From positions 1 through 61,078 of the IMG/VR virus record IMGVR_UViG_3300027718_000001: a stretch of DNA of 61,078 bases, one strand, 5' to 3'. Under the pieces are notes generated by a model. It did no database searches and was not told where the DNA came from. It saw only the letters and a program-made list of their open reading frames with translations. The stretch is from a virus. Position numbers and translations under genes: made by a program. Of the stretch, positions 33,031-41,768 are shown one piece after another; positions within the stretch are counted from its first letter, which is position 1; every line of letters begins with the position of its first letter.

Positions 33031-33402
33031 TTATTTAGCTCTTGTAATTCTATTTAGAATAGATGTAACAATATCTATATCAGCTTCATCTAGGACTATT
33101 CCATCATAAGTAATATCTTTTGATAACATTATGTTCTTAAGATCTTTAGGTTCATTTGAAGATTTAAGAGGATCATCAGTTAGTCCTAAAAGATAATCTA
33201 CAGAAGTATTATATAGATCAGCAAGCTTATATAAAGTATCTTTTCTAGGATTTCTAAGCCCTAATTCATAGTTAGCAATGGTAGTATTAGACATCCCAAC
33301 TTTGATACCTATATCTTCTTGTTTTAAATTATGTTTTATTCTTAGTTCTTTTAATCGTTTACCAGTTAGTTCTCTATTACCTTGTGATAATTTATCTTGC
33401 AT
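33031..33402 (-). CDS. XRE-family CI-like repressor
   Basis: HTH_3: LKELRIKHNLKQEDIGIKVGMSNTTIANYELG. Divergent from the Cro-like gene. Confidence 0.8.
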   Translation of the reverse strand: MQDKLSQGNRELTGKRLKELRIKHNLKQEDIGIKVGMSNTTIANYELGLRNPRKDTLYKLADLYNTSVDYLLGLTDDPLKSSNEPKDLKNIMLSKDITYDGIVLDEADIDIVTSILNRITRAK

Positions 33403-33644
33403 TATAAAACGCCCCCATATAAATTATTCTTCACGTTTAGAGTACCCAAATTTATAATTTATTAACTTTGAAATTTTCTCTAGCGTGAACTAAAAATTAG
33501 TTTTAAGTATTAAAATGTCCTGAAATGCCCTAATTGTGACCTTAAAATTATAGTATCTATAAACATAATACACAATAAGTAAAATTAATTAAAAGGTTAG
33601 CATGTAAAGTAATTAAAAAAAACTTTTCATATTGTGTATTCCTG

Positions 33645-33698
33645 TTGACCTGTTCACGCTATGTGATAATATATAGTTATAAGTTTACAAAGTGTGAA
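33645..33698 (+). promoter_or_regulatory. Rightward early promoter (TTGACC ... TAATAT) with GTTCACGCTA and operator TTTACAaagTGTGAA (33684-33698)
   Basis: Read directly. The inverted partner TAGCGTGAAC lies at 33481-33490. Confidence 0.5.
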
Positions 33699-33734
33699 GT
33701 AAGAAAGCAAGTTAATTTTTTAGGAGGTTAAGAA

Positions 33735-33935
33735 GTGAGATTTTGGTTGAAAGAACTTAGAGGTCAAGCAGGTTATAATCAGCAAGAATTTGCTGAAAAA
33801 GTTGGTGTCTCTGAGTCGTATATATGTTTAATTGAAAAAGGAATTAGAACTCCATCAGGGGTTACAGCGTATAAGATCGCTAAAATATTAAAATTCGATA
33901 TGAAGAGGTTTTATGAAGATGAAAAAATTAAATAA
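33735..33935 (+). CDS. XRE-family Cro-like regulator (GTG start)
   Basis: LKELRGQAGYNQQEFAEKVGVSESYICLIEKG. Confidence 0.75.
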   Translation: MRFWLKELRGQAGYNQQEFAEKVGVSESYICLIEKGIRTPSGVTAYKIAKILKFDMKRFYEDEKIK

Positions 33936-33976
33936 TCATTTTAGATCATTTTCCTTTAAAGGGGGTGAGTTCTAAA

Positions 33977-34240
33977 ATGGCTGCTAGCTTAGATCGGTTT
34001 TCTGTGAAGGGACCTTATGAGTATAACGAAGTTCGTATTTATGAAGAACCAGAAAGTGAAGAATTGTTAGTGTGTTGTGGTTGTGGGTTAGAAATAGATG
34101 TTACTGAAGAATATGTAGAGTCGGAAGTAGCTGGTGAAGAATATATTCACAAGTTAGATGAATGTTTAGAAGCTTATTATAAAAAGGAAAAAGACTTGCT
34201 CGGCGAAAGCAAATCTTCTTTAAAAGACAATATAGCATGA
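33977..34240 (+). CDS. Hypothetical acidic protein with a CCGC motif
   Basis: ORF; ATG 10 nt after aaggggg. Confidence 0.45.
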   Translation: MAASLDRFSVKGPYEYNEVRIYEEPESEELLVCCGCGLEIDVTEEYVESEVAGEEYIHKLDECLEAYYKKEKDLLGESKSSLKDNIA

Positions 34241-34333
34241 ATCAAATAACTAAGGCGGGCTATTTGATTCGTTAAGTTCTAAGGAGAGTATAACACGAGT
34301 GATTTAGCCCTGCAATAGTCAGGTGAGAAAAAA

Positions 34334-35314
34334 ATGACAACTAAGGCGAAAAAGTTAGTAAACACTAGAGGTTTAAGCGTTAAAGATTGGTTAGATTGGC
34401 GTAGAAGAGGTATCGGTGGCTCCGATGCTTCTGCTATCGCAGGTCTGAATAAGTGGAAAAGTTCCCTTAATGTGTACATGGACAAAGTTGAACCCAGTGA
34501 AGAAAGTGAAATATCAGAAGCGGCTGAATGGGGCATAAGACAAGAACCTATAGTTAGGGATAAGTTCAAAGATAATCATCCCGAATTACAGGTAAAGCAA
34601 AGTTATATTATGTGGCAATCGATTGAATATCCTTTCATGATCGCTAATGTGGATGGCTTGGTTTTTCATCCTCAAAAGGGTTGGGGAGTATTAGAAATTA
34701 AAACTTCTCATGAATGGCGGTTAGGTGAATGGAGTGAAGAAGAGATTCCAGAAGATTACCTCATACAGTGCCAGCATTATTTAAGCGTGTTAAATCTCAA
34801 TTTCTGTTATTTTGCTGTTCTGATTGGTGGAAACAAATATAAAGAATTCTATGTAGAAAGAGACGATGAATTAATTGCTTCTCTTATCGAATTAGAAAAA
34901 GATTTCTGGATGAATCACGTATTAGCGCTTAATCCACCTGAACCAGATGGATCAAAGGGAAGCGGTGAGATCCTTGACTTTCTTTATCCTGCATCAGCAA
35001 TGAAGAAAAAAGAAGAGGTTAAGGAGTTACCGAAAGAAGCTTTGTATCTGGTAGAAGAGTATCTAGCTTTCACTGAACAAGAAAAAGCGGTTAAGGATGA
35101 AAAAGAATCTCTAAAGAACAAGCTGAAATCTATGTTAGGTGAATACCAGGTAGGACAAGTAATTGATCTAGATAAACAAAGGGAACTTAAAGTGAAATGG
35201 TCAGAAGCGGCTACTACAGGATTTGATAAAAAGGCTTTAGAACGTGATCATCCTGAAATTTTTGAAAAGTACGTTAAAAAAGGCAAAACAAGAAGATTTA
35301 CAATTAGCGGATAA
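34334..35314 (+). CDS. YqaJ-like recombination exonuclease
   Basis: RRRGIGGSDASAIAGLNKW...AAEWGIRQEP...LEIKT. Confidence 0.8.
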   Translation: MTTKAKKLVNTRGLSVKDWLDWRRRGIGGSDASAIAGLNKWKSSLNVYMDKVEPSEESEISEAAEWGIRQEPIVRDKFKDNHPELQVKQSYIMWQSIEYPFMIANVDGLVFHPQKGWGVLEIKTSHEWRLGEWSEEEIPEDYLIQCQHYLSVLNLNFCYFAVLIGGNKYKEFYVERDDELIASLIELEKDFWMNHVLALNPPEPDGSKGSGEILDFLYPASAMKKKEEVKELPKEALYLVEEYLAFTEQEKAVKDEKESLKNKLKSMLGEYQVGQVIDLDKQRELKVKWSEAATTGFDKKALERDHPEIFEKYVKKGKTRRFTISG

Positions 35315-35331
35315 AAAGGAGAAGAGACAAT

Positions 35332-36156
35332 ATGGCAGTTCAAACTCAAAGTACAAGAGATAAGTTAAAACAAAAGGCGGAAACAAAACAGAATACAGGG
35401 GCTAATAATGCTCCTGTACCTCAAAATAAAGAACCTCAGCAAGTTAAAACAGGTAAAACAATTGAGGATTTAATGGGAAGAATGGCTCCTGCTATTGAGA
35501 GAGCTTTACCATCCCATTTAACAGTTGAAAGGGTAACTCAACTTGCTATTAATCTTTATAAAAATAATCATGATCTGCGAAATTGTGCACCTGTTAGTTT
35601 CTTAGGAGCATTAATGCAAGCAACTCAATTAGGGTTAGAACCTAATACACCTTTAGGATTAGCTTATTTAATACCACGTGATGGATATGTTTGTTTTCAG
35701 ATTGGTTATCAGGGAGTTATTGACCTAGCTTATCGTTCTAAAGAGTATATGAATATCTATGCTCATGCTCGTTATGCAAATGATGAATGGGAGTATGAAA
35801 AAGGAACAAACATGTACATTAAACATAAGCCAGCGGATGATCCACAGGGAGAACCAACGCATTATTATGCGGTCTATCATTTATTGAATGGTGGTATGAA
35901 TTTTGAAGTGTGGACACGTGAACAGATTATCCGTCATATGAAGCAATATGCGAAAGGTCATGACAATCCTAAAAGTGCTTGGAAAAAGAGTTTTGATAGT
36001 ATGGCCAAGAAAACGGTCTTATTATCTGCTTTGAAATATGCTCCTAAATCAATCGAATTAGCACGAGCTTTAGTTAGTGATGAAAAGGTTGTAAAGAATA
36101 TGACTGCTGACGATGGTGTATTAGATATTGAAGCGGATTATGATGTTATCGAATAA
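35332..36156 (+). CDS. recT: RecT-family single-strand annealing protein
   Basis: SFLGALMQATQLGLEPNTPLGLAYLIP...GYQG. Confidence 0.8.
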   Translation: MAVQTQSTRDKLKQKAETKQNTGANNAPVPQNKEPQQVKTGKTIEDLMGRMAPAIERALPSHLTVERVTQLAINLYKNNHDLRNCAPVSFLGALMQATQLGLEPNTPLGLAYLIPRDGYVCFQIGYQGVIDLAYRSKEYMNIYAHARYANDEWEYEKGTNMYIKHKPADDPQGEPTHYYAVYHLLNGGMNFEVWTREQIIRHMKQYAKGHDNPKSAWKKSFDSMAKKTVLLSALKYAPKSIELARALVSDEKVVKNMTADDGVLDIEADYDVIE

Positions 36157-36212
36157 GGTTAGGGGGCAATGGGTTCTCTCATTGCCTTTTCATAAAAAGA
36201 AAGGGGCATGTT

Positions 36213-36722
36213 ATGGCTCAAAGCTATGCAAATAGGGGAGAAGCTTTTGAAACAGTGATTATACGTAGCAATATGATCTATGATTCGAGAGGATGGGCGC
36301 AGGTTGAAAAATCACATCCTGAAATTAAGATTTCTAAGGAAATAGGCAATAGGATCGTGGGCTTCAAAAAGTCGAAAGGATTTGTTGATTTTTTTGGAGT
36401 GTGTCATGGAAGATCCTTAGCATTTGAAGCGAAGAATACGACCAGTAGAACGTCTTTTCCTTTAAGAAATATAAAGCCCCATCAAATAGAAATCCTCCGA
36501 AAATGGAAGGATCAAGGCGCTATAAGTTTCTTTTTAATCAATTTTGAAAAGCGATATGAGGTATACCTTATAAGCATAGAACAGGTTCTAAAATGGTGGA
36601 ATGATTCCTTAAAAGGTGGAAGAAAGTCTATTCCTTATGAATGGTTTAAGATGAATTGTCCTTTAGTGAGAAGGGAACGTGGTGTGTTCTTGGATTATCT
36701 CAAATGTTTAAACTTACCCTAG
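36213..36722 (+). CDS. recU: RecU-like Holliday junction resolvase
   Basis: YANRGEAFE...DFFGV...FEAKNTTSRTSFPLRNIKPHQIE...GGRKSI aligns with B. subtilis RecU motifs. Confidence 0.75.
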   Translation: MAQSYANRGEAFETVIIRSNMIYDSRGWAQVEKSHPEIKISKEIGNRIVGFKKSKGFVDFFGVCHGRSLAFEAKNTTSRTSFPLRNIKPHQIEILRKWKDQGAISFFLINFEKRYEVYLISIEQVLKWWNDSLKGGRKSIPYEWFKMNCPLVRRERGVFLDYLKCLNLP

Positions 36723-36761
36723 CGGAAGCGTAGCAAAGGTGTAGAAAAATAGCTAAAGGAG

Positions 36762-37226
36762 ATGGAAGAATTGACAGCAATTTTAAAAGTACATGCAGAC
36801 GACTTTTCAATTATTGAACAACATTTAAAGGATTATCACATCTATGTATCTGGTTTAAAAAATCTAAAGGCACAATATAACCGGTTATTTCCTAAAGTGA
36901 CCACGGCTTTTAGATTGAGTGAAGGAAGTTCTGGAACTATGAATTTTAAATCAACTACTGAAGATTTCGCCATTGAAAGAGCTGAATTATCCGAAGCCAT
37001 TCAAAGAGAGATCCTTGAATACGACAACATTATTTCATCTATCGAAAATGCCTTAAGTGCCTTAGATGAAAAAGAACTTCAATTTGTTGAGTATCGTTAT
37101 TTTAAAGGATGGACAATTGAACAGATCATGCCGAAGTTAGGTTATTCCAGAAGAGGGATCTATGGAGTGCGTGACAAGGTAAAAGCCAAGTTCTTAATTA
37201 ATCTTAGAAATCTTTTAATCTATTAG
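36762..37226 (+). CDS. ArpU/RinA-like late transcription regulator (sigma region-4-like)
   Basis: LDEKELQFVEYRYFKGWTIEQIMPKLGYSRRGIYGVRDKV. Confidence 0.65.
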   Translation: MEELTAILKVHADDFSIIEQHLKDYHIYVSGLKNLKAQYNRLFPKVTTAFRLSEGSSGTMNFKSTTEDFAIERAELSEAIQREILEYDNIISSIENALSALDEKELQFVEYRYFKGWTIEQIMPKLGYSRRGIYGVRDKVKAKFLINLRNLLIY

Positions 37227-37236
37227 GGGGTAAAGT

Positions 37237-37566
37237 ATGACTGAAAAATTAGGTTGGTATGAAGTAAGAGCAGGACAATCAGAGGATGAATTATTATTTT
37301 GTCTTTTCTCTAGAAAGTGGAGAGAGGATCTAGAGAAGGGCAGAGTAGATCTTTATTATGCTGATGTTGAATTAATTTATAAAAAAGATGATCGGGGTGA
37401 TTGGTTTGTAGCCACTTTAAGTGTTACCAATCCAACTATTGATGAATTTAATGAATTGGCTACAGCCGTTTTAGAAGCATTTAAAAAGCTAGAACCTTCT
37501 TCTGTGAAGGGTATGGTTACATTGTTAGATGAAATTGTTGAAGAAGGATTACCAGATTTAGATTAA
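37237..37566 (+). CDS. Hypothetical protein
   Basis: ORF with SD. Confidence 0.5.
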   Translation: MTEKLGWYEVRAGQSEDELLFCLFSRKWREDLEKGRVDLYYADVELIYKKDDRGDWFVATLSVTNPTIDEFNELATAVLEAFKKLEPSSVKGMVTLLDEIVEEGLPDLD

Positions 37567-37586
37567 TATCTTAGGAGGAAAAAGAA

Positions 37587-37871
37587 ATGAAACCAATTGG
37601 CATTGTGAGAAACGTAGATAAATTAGGCAGATTTGTAATACCTATGGAGTGGAGAAAAGTAAAGGGATGGGATGAAAACACAGCATTAGAAGCCTTTGCT
37701 ATGGAAGAAGGGTTATTACTTCGAGAGTATAAACCAAAATTTGATGATGATAGTGTTATAAATGAATTAGCATCTAGTAAACAATTAGCGGTCGATGATG
37801 AAACAAAAGAAGCCTATAAAAAGGTTATCGAACATATGAGAAAGACTAAAAAACGTGGAGTCTATGCGTAA
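37587..37871 (+). CDS. AbrB/SpoVT-family DNA-binding protein
   Basis: GIVRNVDKLGRFVIPMEWRKVKGW (swapped-hairpin barrel motif). Confidence 0.75.
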   Translation: MKPIGIVRNVDKLGRFVIPMEWRKVKGWDENTALEAFAMEEGLLLREYKPKFDDDSVINELASSKQLAVDDETKEAYKKVIEHMRKTKKRGVYA

Positions 37872-38248
37872 TGAACAGAGCGGAGCGGAGAAGGTTAAGC
37901 CGTGATGTTGGTAAAGAAGGAGAATGGATTAAACAAACTAGCCCTAAACAGGAAAACGTTGGGGCTGGTTGGTTTGGTGAAATGGATAGAGCATATAGCA
38001 ATAAAAAGTATTCTATTTTGATCAGAACTGTTGTTACAGATTGGGGACCAGTTGAACATGCAGCTATCAGAAATATTTCTGGTACTGATATTTCATGGAA
38101 AGAGAAACAGCGGATCAAGAATGAAATCTTTGGTGAAGAATACACGGCTATAGAAGTCTTTCCTAAAGAATCTGAATTGGTGGATGAAGCGAATATGTAT
38201 CATATATGGGTTTTGCCTAAAGGAATGAATTTACCCTTTGGAATATAA
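37871..38248 (+). CDS. Hypothetical protein
   Basis: TAATG-coupled ORF. Confidence 0.5.
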   Translation: MNRAERRRLSRDVGKEGEWIKQTSPKQENVGAGWFGEMDRAYSNKKYSILIRTVVTDWGPVEHAAIRNISGTDISWKEKQRIKNEIFGEEYTAIEVFPKESELVDEANMYHIWVLPKGMNLPFGI

Positions 38249-38356
38249 ACAGCACATATCATGCACGAAATTGAAACAGATTTAAGGGAAATCAATGTTA
38301 ATATGTTAGTAGTAAATCATTTCCCCATAGTGATTTACGAAACGTGAGAGACCCAT

Positions 38357-38385
38357 GAAAACCGTCCTGTGTGGCGGTTTTTTCA
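38357..38385 (+). terminator. Terminator closing the early/middle region
   Basis: aaaaccg...cggtttt plus a T run. Confidence 0.7.
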
Positions 38386-38397
38386 TTGTTTAATATC

Positions 38398-38499
38398 ATG
38401 TATGTGTACATGCATGTGCATGTAGATGTGTAGGAGCACATGTATAGATACATGCATGTTCATATAAATGAGAAGGAGAACGTTCACATGAATGTTTTC
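38398..38499. repeat. RTNNAN hexamer-periodic tract E (17 hexamers), directly before the late operon
   Basis: atgtat gtgtac atgcat gtgcat gtagat gtgtag gagcac atgtat agatac atgcat gttcat ataaat gagaag gagaac gttcac atgaat gttttc. Confidence 0.8.
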
Positions 38500-38524
38500 C
38501 TTTTTTTATGTTAAGGGGGATTTG

Positions 38525-39148
38525 ATGAAAGTTTTAACAAAGAAACTTGATGATCTTGTACCTGCACCATATAACCCACGAAAAAAGCTAAAGCCGGGCG
38601 ACAAAGAGTATGAAAAGCTAAGAAAGTCTATTAAAGAATTTGGGTATGCGGATCCGATTGTATGGAATGAAAAAACAGGTTATGTAGTCGGAGGGCATCA
38701 AAGAATAGCGGTACTAAAAGATTTAGGCTATGAAGAAGTTGATGTATCTGTGGTGGATCTTGAACCATCTAAAGAAAAAGCATTAAACCTAGCATTAAAT
38801 AAGATTTCTGGTACATGGGATGAAGAACTATTAAAAGATTTATTAATCGAAATTGATACAGGTGAATTTGATATTGAGCTAACAGGTTTTGATGATGGGG
38901 AAATTGAAAAGCTTATGAACAAATTTGCTGATGATGAAGTTGAACGTCCAGAAGTGGAATTCACCGAGGAATTGATGGAAGAACATAATTATATTGTTCT
39001 CTATTTTGACAATTCGATGGATTGGCAAGTTGCAAAAGATAAATTTGGAATCTCAACTAAAGCGGCTATAGATAGCCGAGAAGGTTATGAAAGAAAGGGG
39101 ATAGGGCGAGTAGTCAAAGGATCTGACATACTTGACCGAATGAATTAA
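38525..39148 (+). CDS. ParB-like nuclease (ParBc/Srx) domain protein without a fused methyltransferase
   Basis: LVPAPYNPRKK...FGYADPIVWNEKTGYVVGGHQR. Confidence 0.7.
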   Translation: MKVLTKKLDDLVPAPYNPRKKLKPGDKEYEKLRKSIKEFGYADPIVWNEKTGYVVGGHQRIAVLKDLGYEEVDVSVVDLEPSKEKALNLALNKISGTWDEELLKDLLIEIDTGEFDIELTGFDDGEIEKLMNKFADDEVERPEVEFTEELMEEHNYIVLYFDNSMDWQVAKDKFGISTKAAIDSREGYERKGIGRVVKGSDILDRMN

Positions 39149-39888
39149 TGAAGTATCAAGTGTTTATTATCTCTTATAAGCGAGCGGGGCAAGTAACAAG
39201 TGACAAGGTATTTAGAAATGCAAAGATTGTCATTCCTGAAAGTCAGTATGAAGAGTATAAGAAACATGATTATGCAAATGGCTGTGAATTGTTACCGATC
39301 CCAGATGAAGGTGATGGAAACATAGTTAAGAAGCGGAATTATATCATGGATCATTTTTCTGATATGTGTGATGGAAACATGGCGATTGTAGATGATGATT
39401 ATGAATACATTGGAATGGTTGAAAACCGTAAACCAATTAGGTTAGATGTGGATCAAGTGGATAACTTGTTGATGAATGGCTTTCAGATGTGCAGAGATCT
39501 TGGAACTGTTATGTGGGGAATAAATGTACAGTCAGATCCTAAGTTTTATAGAGAATATGCACCTCTTTCTATGTTGTCGGTTTGTCTGGGCCCATTTCAG
39601 GCATTCTGCAGTAATCCGTTAAGATACGATGAAAGAGTTTATTTGAAAGAAGATTATGATATGAGCCTACAAGTTCTACAGAAATATCATAAGATCCTAC
39701 GATTCAATAAGTTTCATTATGTTGTGAATCATTTCAATAAAGCGGGTGGGGTTGTCTCTTACCGCACTAAGAAAGCGGAATTAGAGCAACTAGAAATCAT
39801 GGCTAAAAAATGGGGTTCAAAGGTTGTTAAATATGATGTTAACAAAGATGTTGACCCGAAAGTAAAAGTACCATTGAAAGGAATCTAA
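39148..39888 (+). CDS. GT-A-like (DxD) putative glycosyltransferase-like protein
   Basis: N-terminal beta-strand FIISYKR; AIVDDDYEY; TAATG-coupled to the ParB-like gene. The functional call is weak. Confidence 0.3.
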   Translation: MKYQVFIISYKRAGQVTSDKVFRNAKIVIPESQYEEYKKHDYANGCELLPIPDEGDGNIVKKRNYIMDHFSDMCDGNMAIVDDDYEYIGMVENRKPIRLDVDQVDNLLMNGFQMCRDLGTVMWGINVQSDPKFYREYAPLSMLSVCLGPFQAFCSNPLRYDERVYLKEDYDMSLQVLQKYHKILRFNKFHYVVNHFNKAGGVVSYRTKKAELEQLEIMAKKWGSKVVKYDVNKDVDPKVKVPLKGI

Positions 39889-39969
39889 AGGCAGATAGAG
39901 CATTCTTAAGTGTTCTGTATGCCTTTTTATTATGAGAATTTTAAGACGCTATAAAAAGAGGGTGGAGAA

Positions 39970-40437
39970 ATGGCAGGAAGAAAAATGAAGTTGACACAGG
40001 ATTTAATCAAAGAAGCTTCTACTCTTCTGAAAGCAGGAAATTATACCGAGACGGTTTGTCAGTATCTAGGTATACATAAATCTACTTGGTATCGATGGAT
40101 GGCAGAAGGAGAAAAAGCTAAAAGTGGTTTAAAGAGAGAGTTCTACATGGAAATGAAAAGTGCTGAATCCTTTGCTGAAATAAGTAATGTGAATATAGTG
40201 AGGAAATCGGCACAAGAAGGAAATTGGCAGGCTGCTATGACTTTTCTTGAACGAAAATTCCCTGAACGATGGGGCAGAAAAGAAAAAGTTTCGGCAGATC
40301 TTAATCATTCTGGTGAGGTTACAGAAAAGAAAGATTATAGCATTACTCATAAGATTGAAGAATATCAAGATGCTTATGAAAAAGTAGCTCAACGTGCTAT
40401 GAGTTTAGGTGAGGATAGCGAAGATGATCTAGAATGA
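39970..40437 (+). CDS. terS: Terminase small subunit
   Basis: N-terminal HTH TETVCQYLGIHKSTWYRWMAEGEKAK; overlaps terL. Confidence 0.75.
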   Translation: MAGRKMKLTQDLIKEASTLLKAGNYTETVCQYLGIHKSTWYRWMAEGEKAKSGLKREFYMEMKSAESFAEISNVNIVRKSAQEGNWQAAMTFLERKFPERWGRKEKVSADLNHSGEVTEKKDYSITHKIEEYQDAYEKVAQRAMSLGEDSEDDLE

Positions 40438-41756
40438 TCACGAAAAAGAAGCCCAATATATCAAGATTAAAGGCTATCATGCAAGCTACCATTATTGAAA
40501 ACAAGTATATTCCCCATCACCCAACACCAAAGCAAGCCGAGTTTCTTTTATTAGAGGATAAAGAAGCCTTGTATGGTGGAGCGGCAGGCGGTGGAAAGTC
40601 TGATGCTTTATTAATGGCGGCACTTCAATACGTAGATGAACCCAATTATGCGGCTATCTTATTCAGAAGGACTTATAAAGATCTTAAGCTCCCTGGGGCA
40701 TTAATTGATAGGGCGCATCAATGGTTAGATGGAACAGATGCTAAATGGAGTGAATCAAATAAACAATGGAAGTTCCCTTCTGGGGCTACTTTGACTTTCG
40801 CTTATTTAGCGAGTGAAAATGATAAGTTTAACTATCAAGGTTCAGAATATCAATTTGTTGGATTCGATGAACTAAGTCAATTCGATGAATCACAATATAG
40901 ATACCTTTTTTCTCGTTTACGTAGATTACAAGGTTCTAAAGTGCCTATTCGGGCTAGGGTTGCTTCTAATCCCGGCGGTAGAGGTCATGAATGGGTTAAA
41001 CAGCGTTTTATTGTTGAAGGTATGAAAAAGAATAGGGTGTTTGTTCCTGCTACCTTAGAAGATAATCCCTTCTTAGATATGGCTGAATATGAAGAAAGTT
41101 TAGCTCAACTATCATCGGTAGAGCGCAGGCAACTAAGATATGGTGATTGGGATGTTATGCCAGATGGGGAAATGTTCAAACGTCATTGGTTTAAAATCGT
41201 TCAGGATTACCCTAGTGATCTTAAGTTAATTCGTTATTGGGATTTAGCTTCTACTGATTCTTCACAAACGACTAAACAAAGTGCTCATACAGCAGGGGTA
41301 TTGATGGGAATGAAGGAAGGGCAGTATTGGATCTTAGACATGAAACGTGTTCAATTATCGCCTTTATCTGTTGAGAAGTTAATAAGGCAAACGGCAGAAA
41401 TAGATCGTGTTGGTGTGCCTATCTGGATGGAGCAAGAGCCGGGAAGTAGCGGTGTAAATACCATAGATCATTATAGACGTAAGGTTTTAAATGGATTTGC
41501 TTTCTATGGGGATAGACCAACAGGAAAGAAAGAAGAACGTGCTAGACCATTAGCAGCGGCGGCAGAAGCAGGAAACATCTTTCTTGTTCAAGGAGATTGG
41601 ATTAATGATTTCTTAGATGAAATTGTTGCTTTCCCAGAAGGAAATACTAAGGATCAGGTCGATGTGTGTAGTGCTTCATTATCCATCCTAAACGAAATGA
41701 AAGACACAAAACGTGTTGTTAGTCCTGTGATGGGTGGAGTTAAGAAACGAAAATAA
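40434..41756 (+). CDS. terL: Terminase large subunit
   Basis: Walker A GGAAGGGKSDAL; Walker B-like FVGFDELSQF; C-terminal nuclease region. Confidence 0.85.
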   Translation: MITKKKPNISRLKAIMQATIIENKYIPHHPTPKQAEFLLLEDKEALYGGAAGGGKSDALLMAALQYVDEPNYAAILFRRTYKDLKLPGALIDRAHQWLDGTDAKWSESNKQWKFPSGATLTFAYLASENDKFNYQGSEYQFVGFDELSQFDESQYRYLFSRLRRLQGSKVPIRARVASNPGGRGHEWVKQRFIVEGMKKNRVFVPATLEDNPFLDMAEYEESLAQLSSVERRQLRYGDWDVMPDGEMFKRHWFKIVQDYPSDLKLIRYWDLASTDSSQTTKQSAHTAGVLMGMKEGQYWILDMKRVQLSPLSVEKLIRQTAEIDRVGVPIWMEQEPGSSGVNTIDHYRRKVLNGFAFYGDRPTGKKEERARPLAAAAEAGNIFLVQGDWINDFLDEIVAFPEGNTKDQVDVCSASLSILNEMKDTKRVVSPVMGGVKKRK

Positions 41757-41768
41757 GGGGGTGATAAT

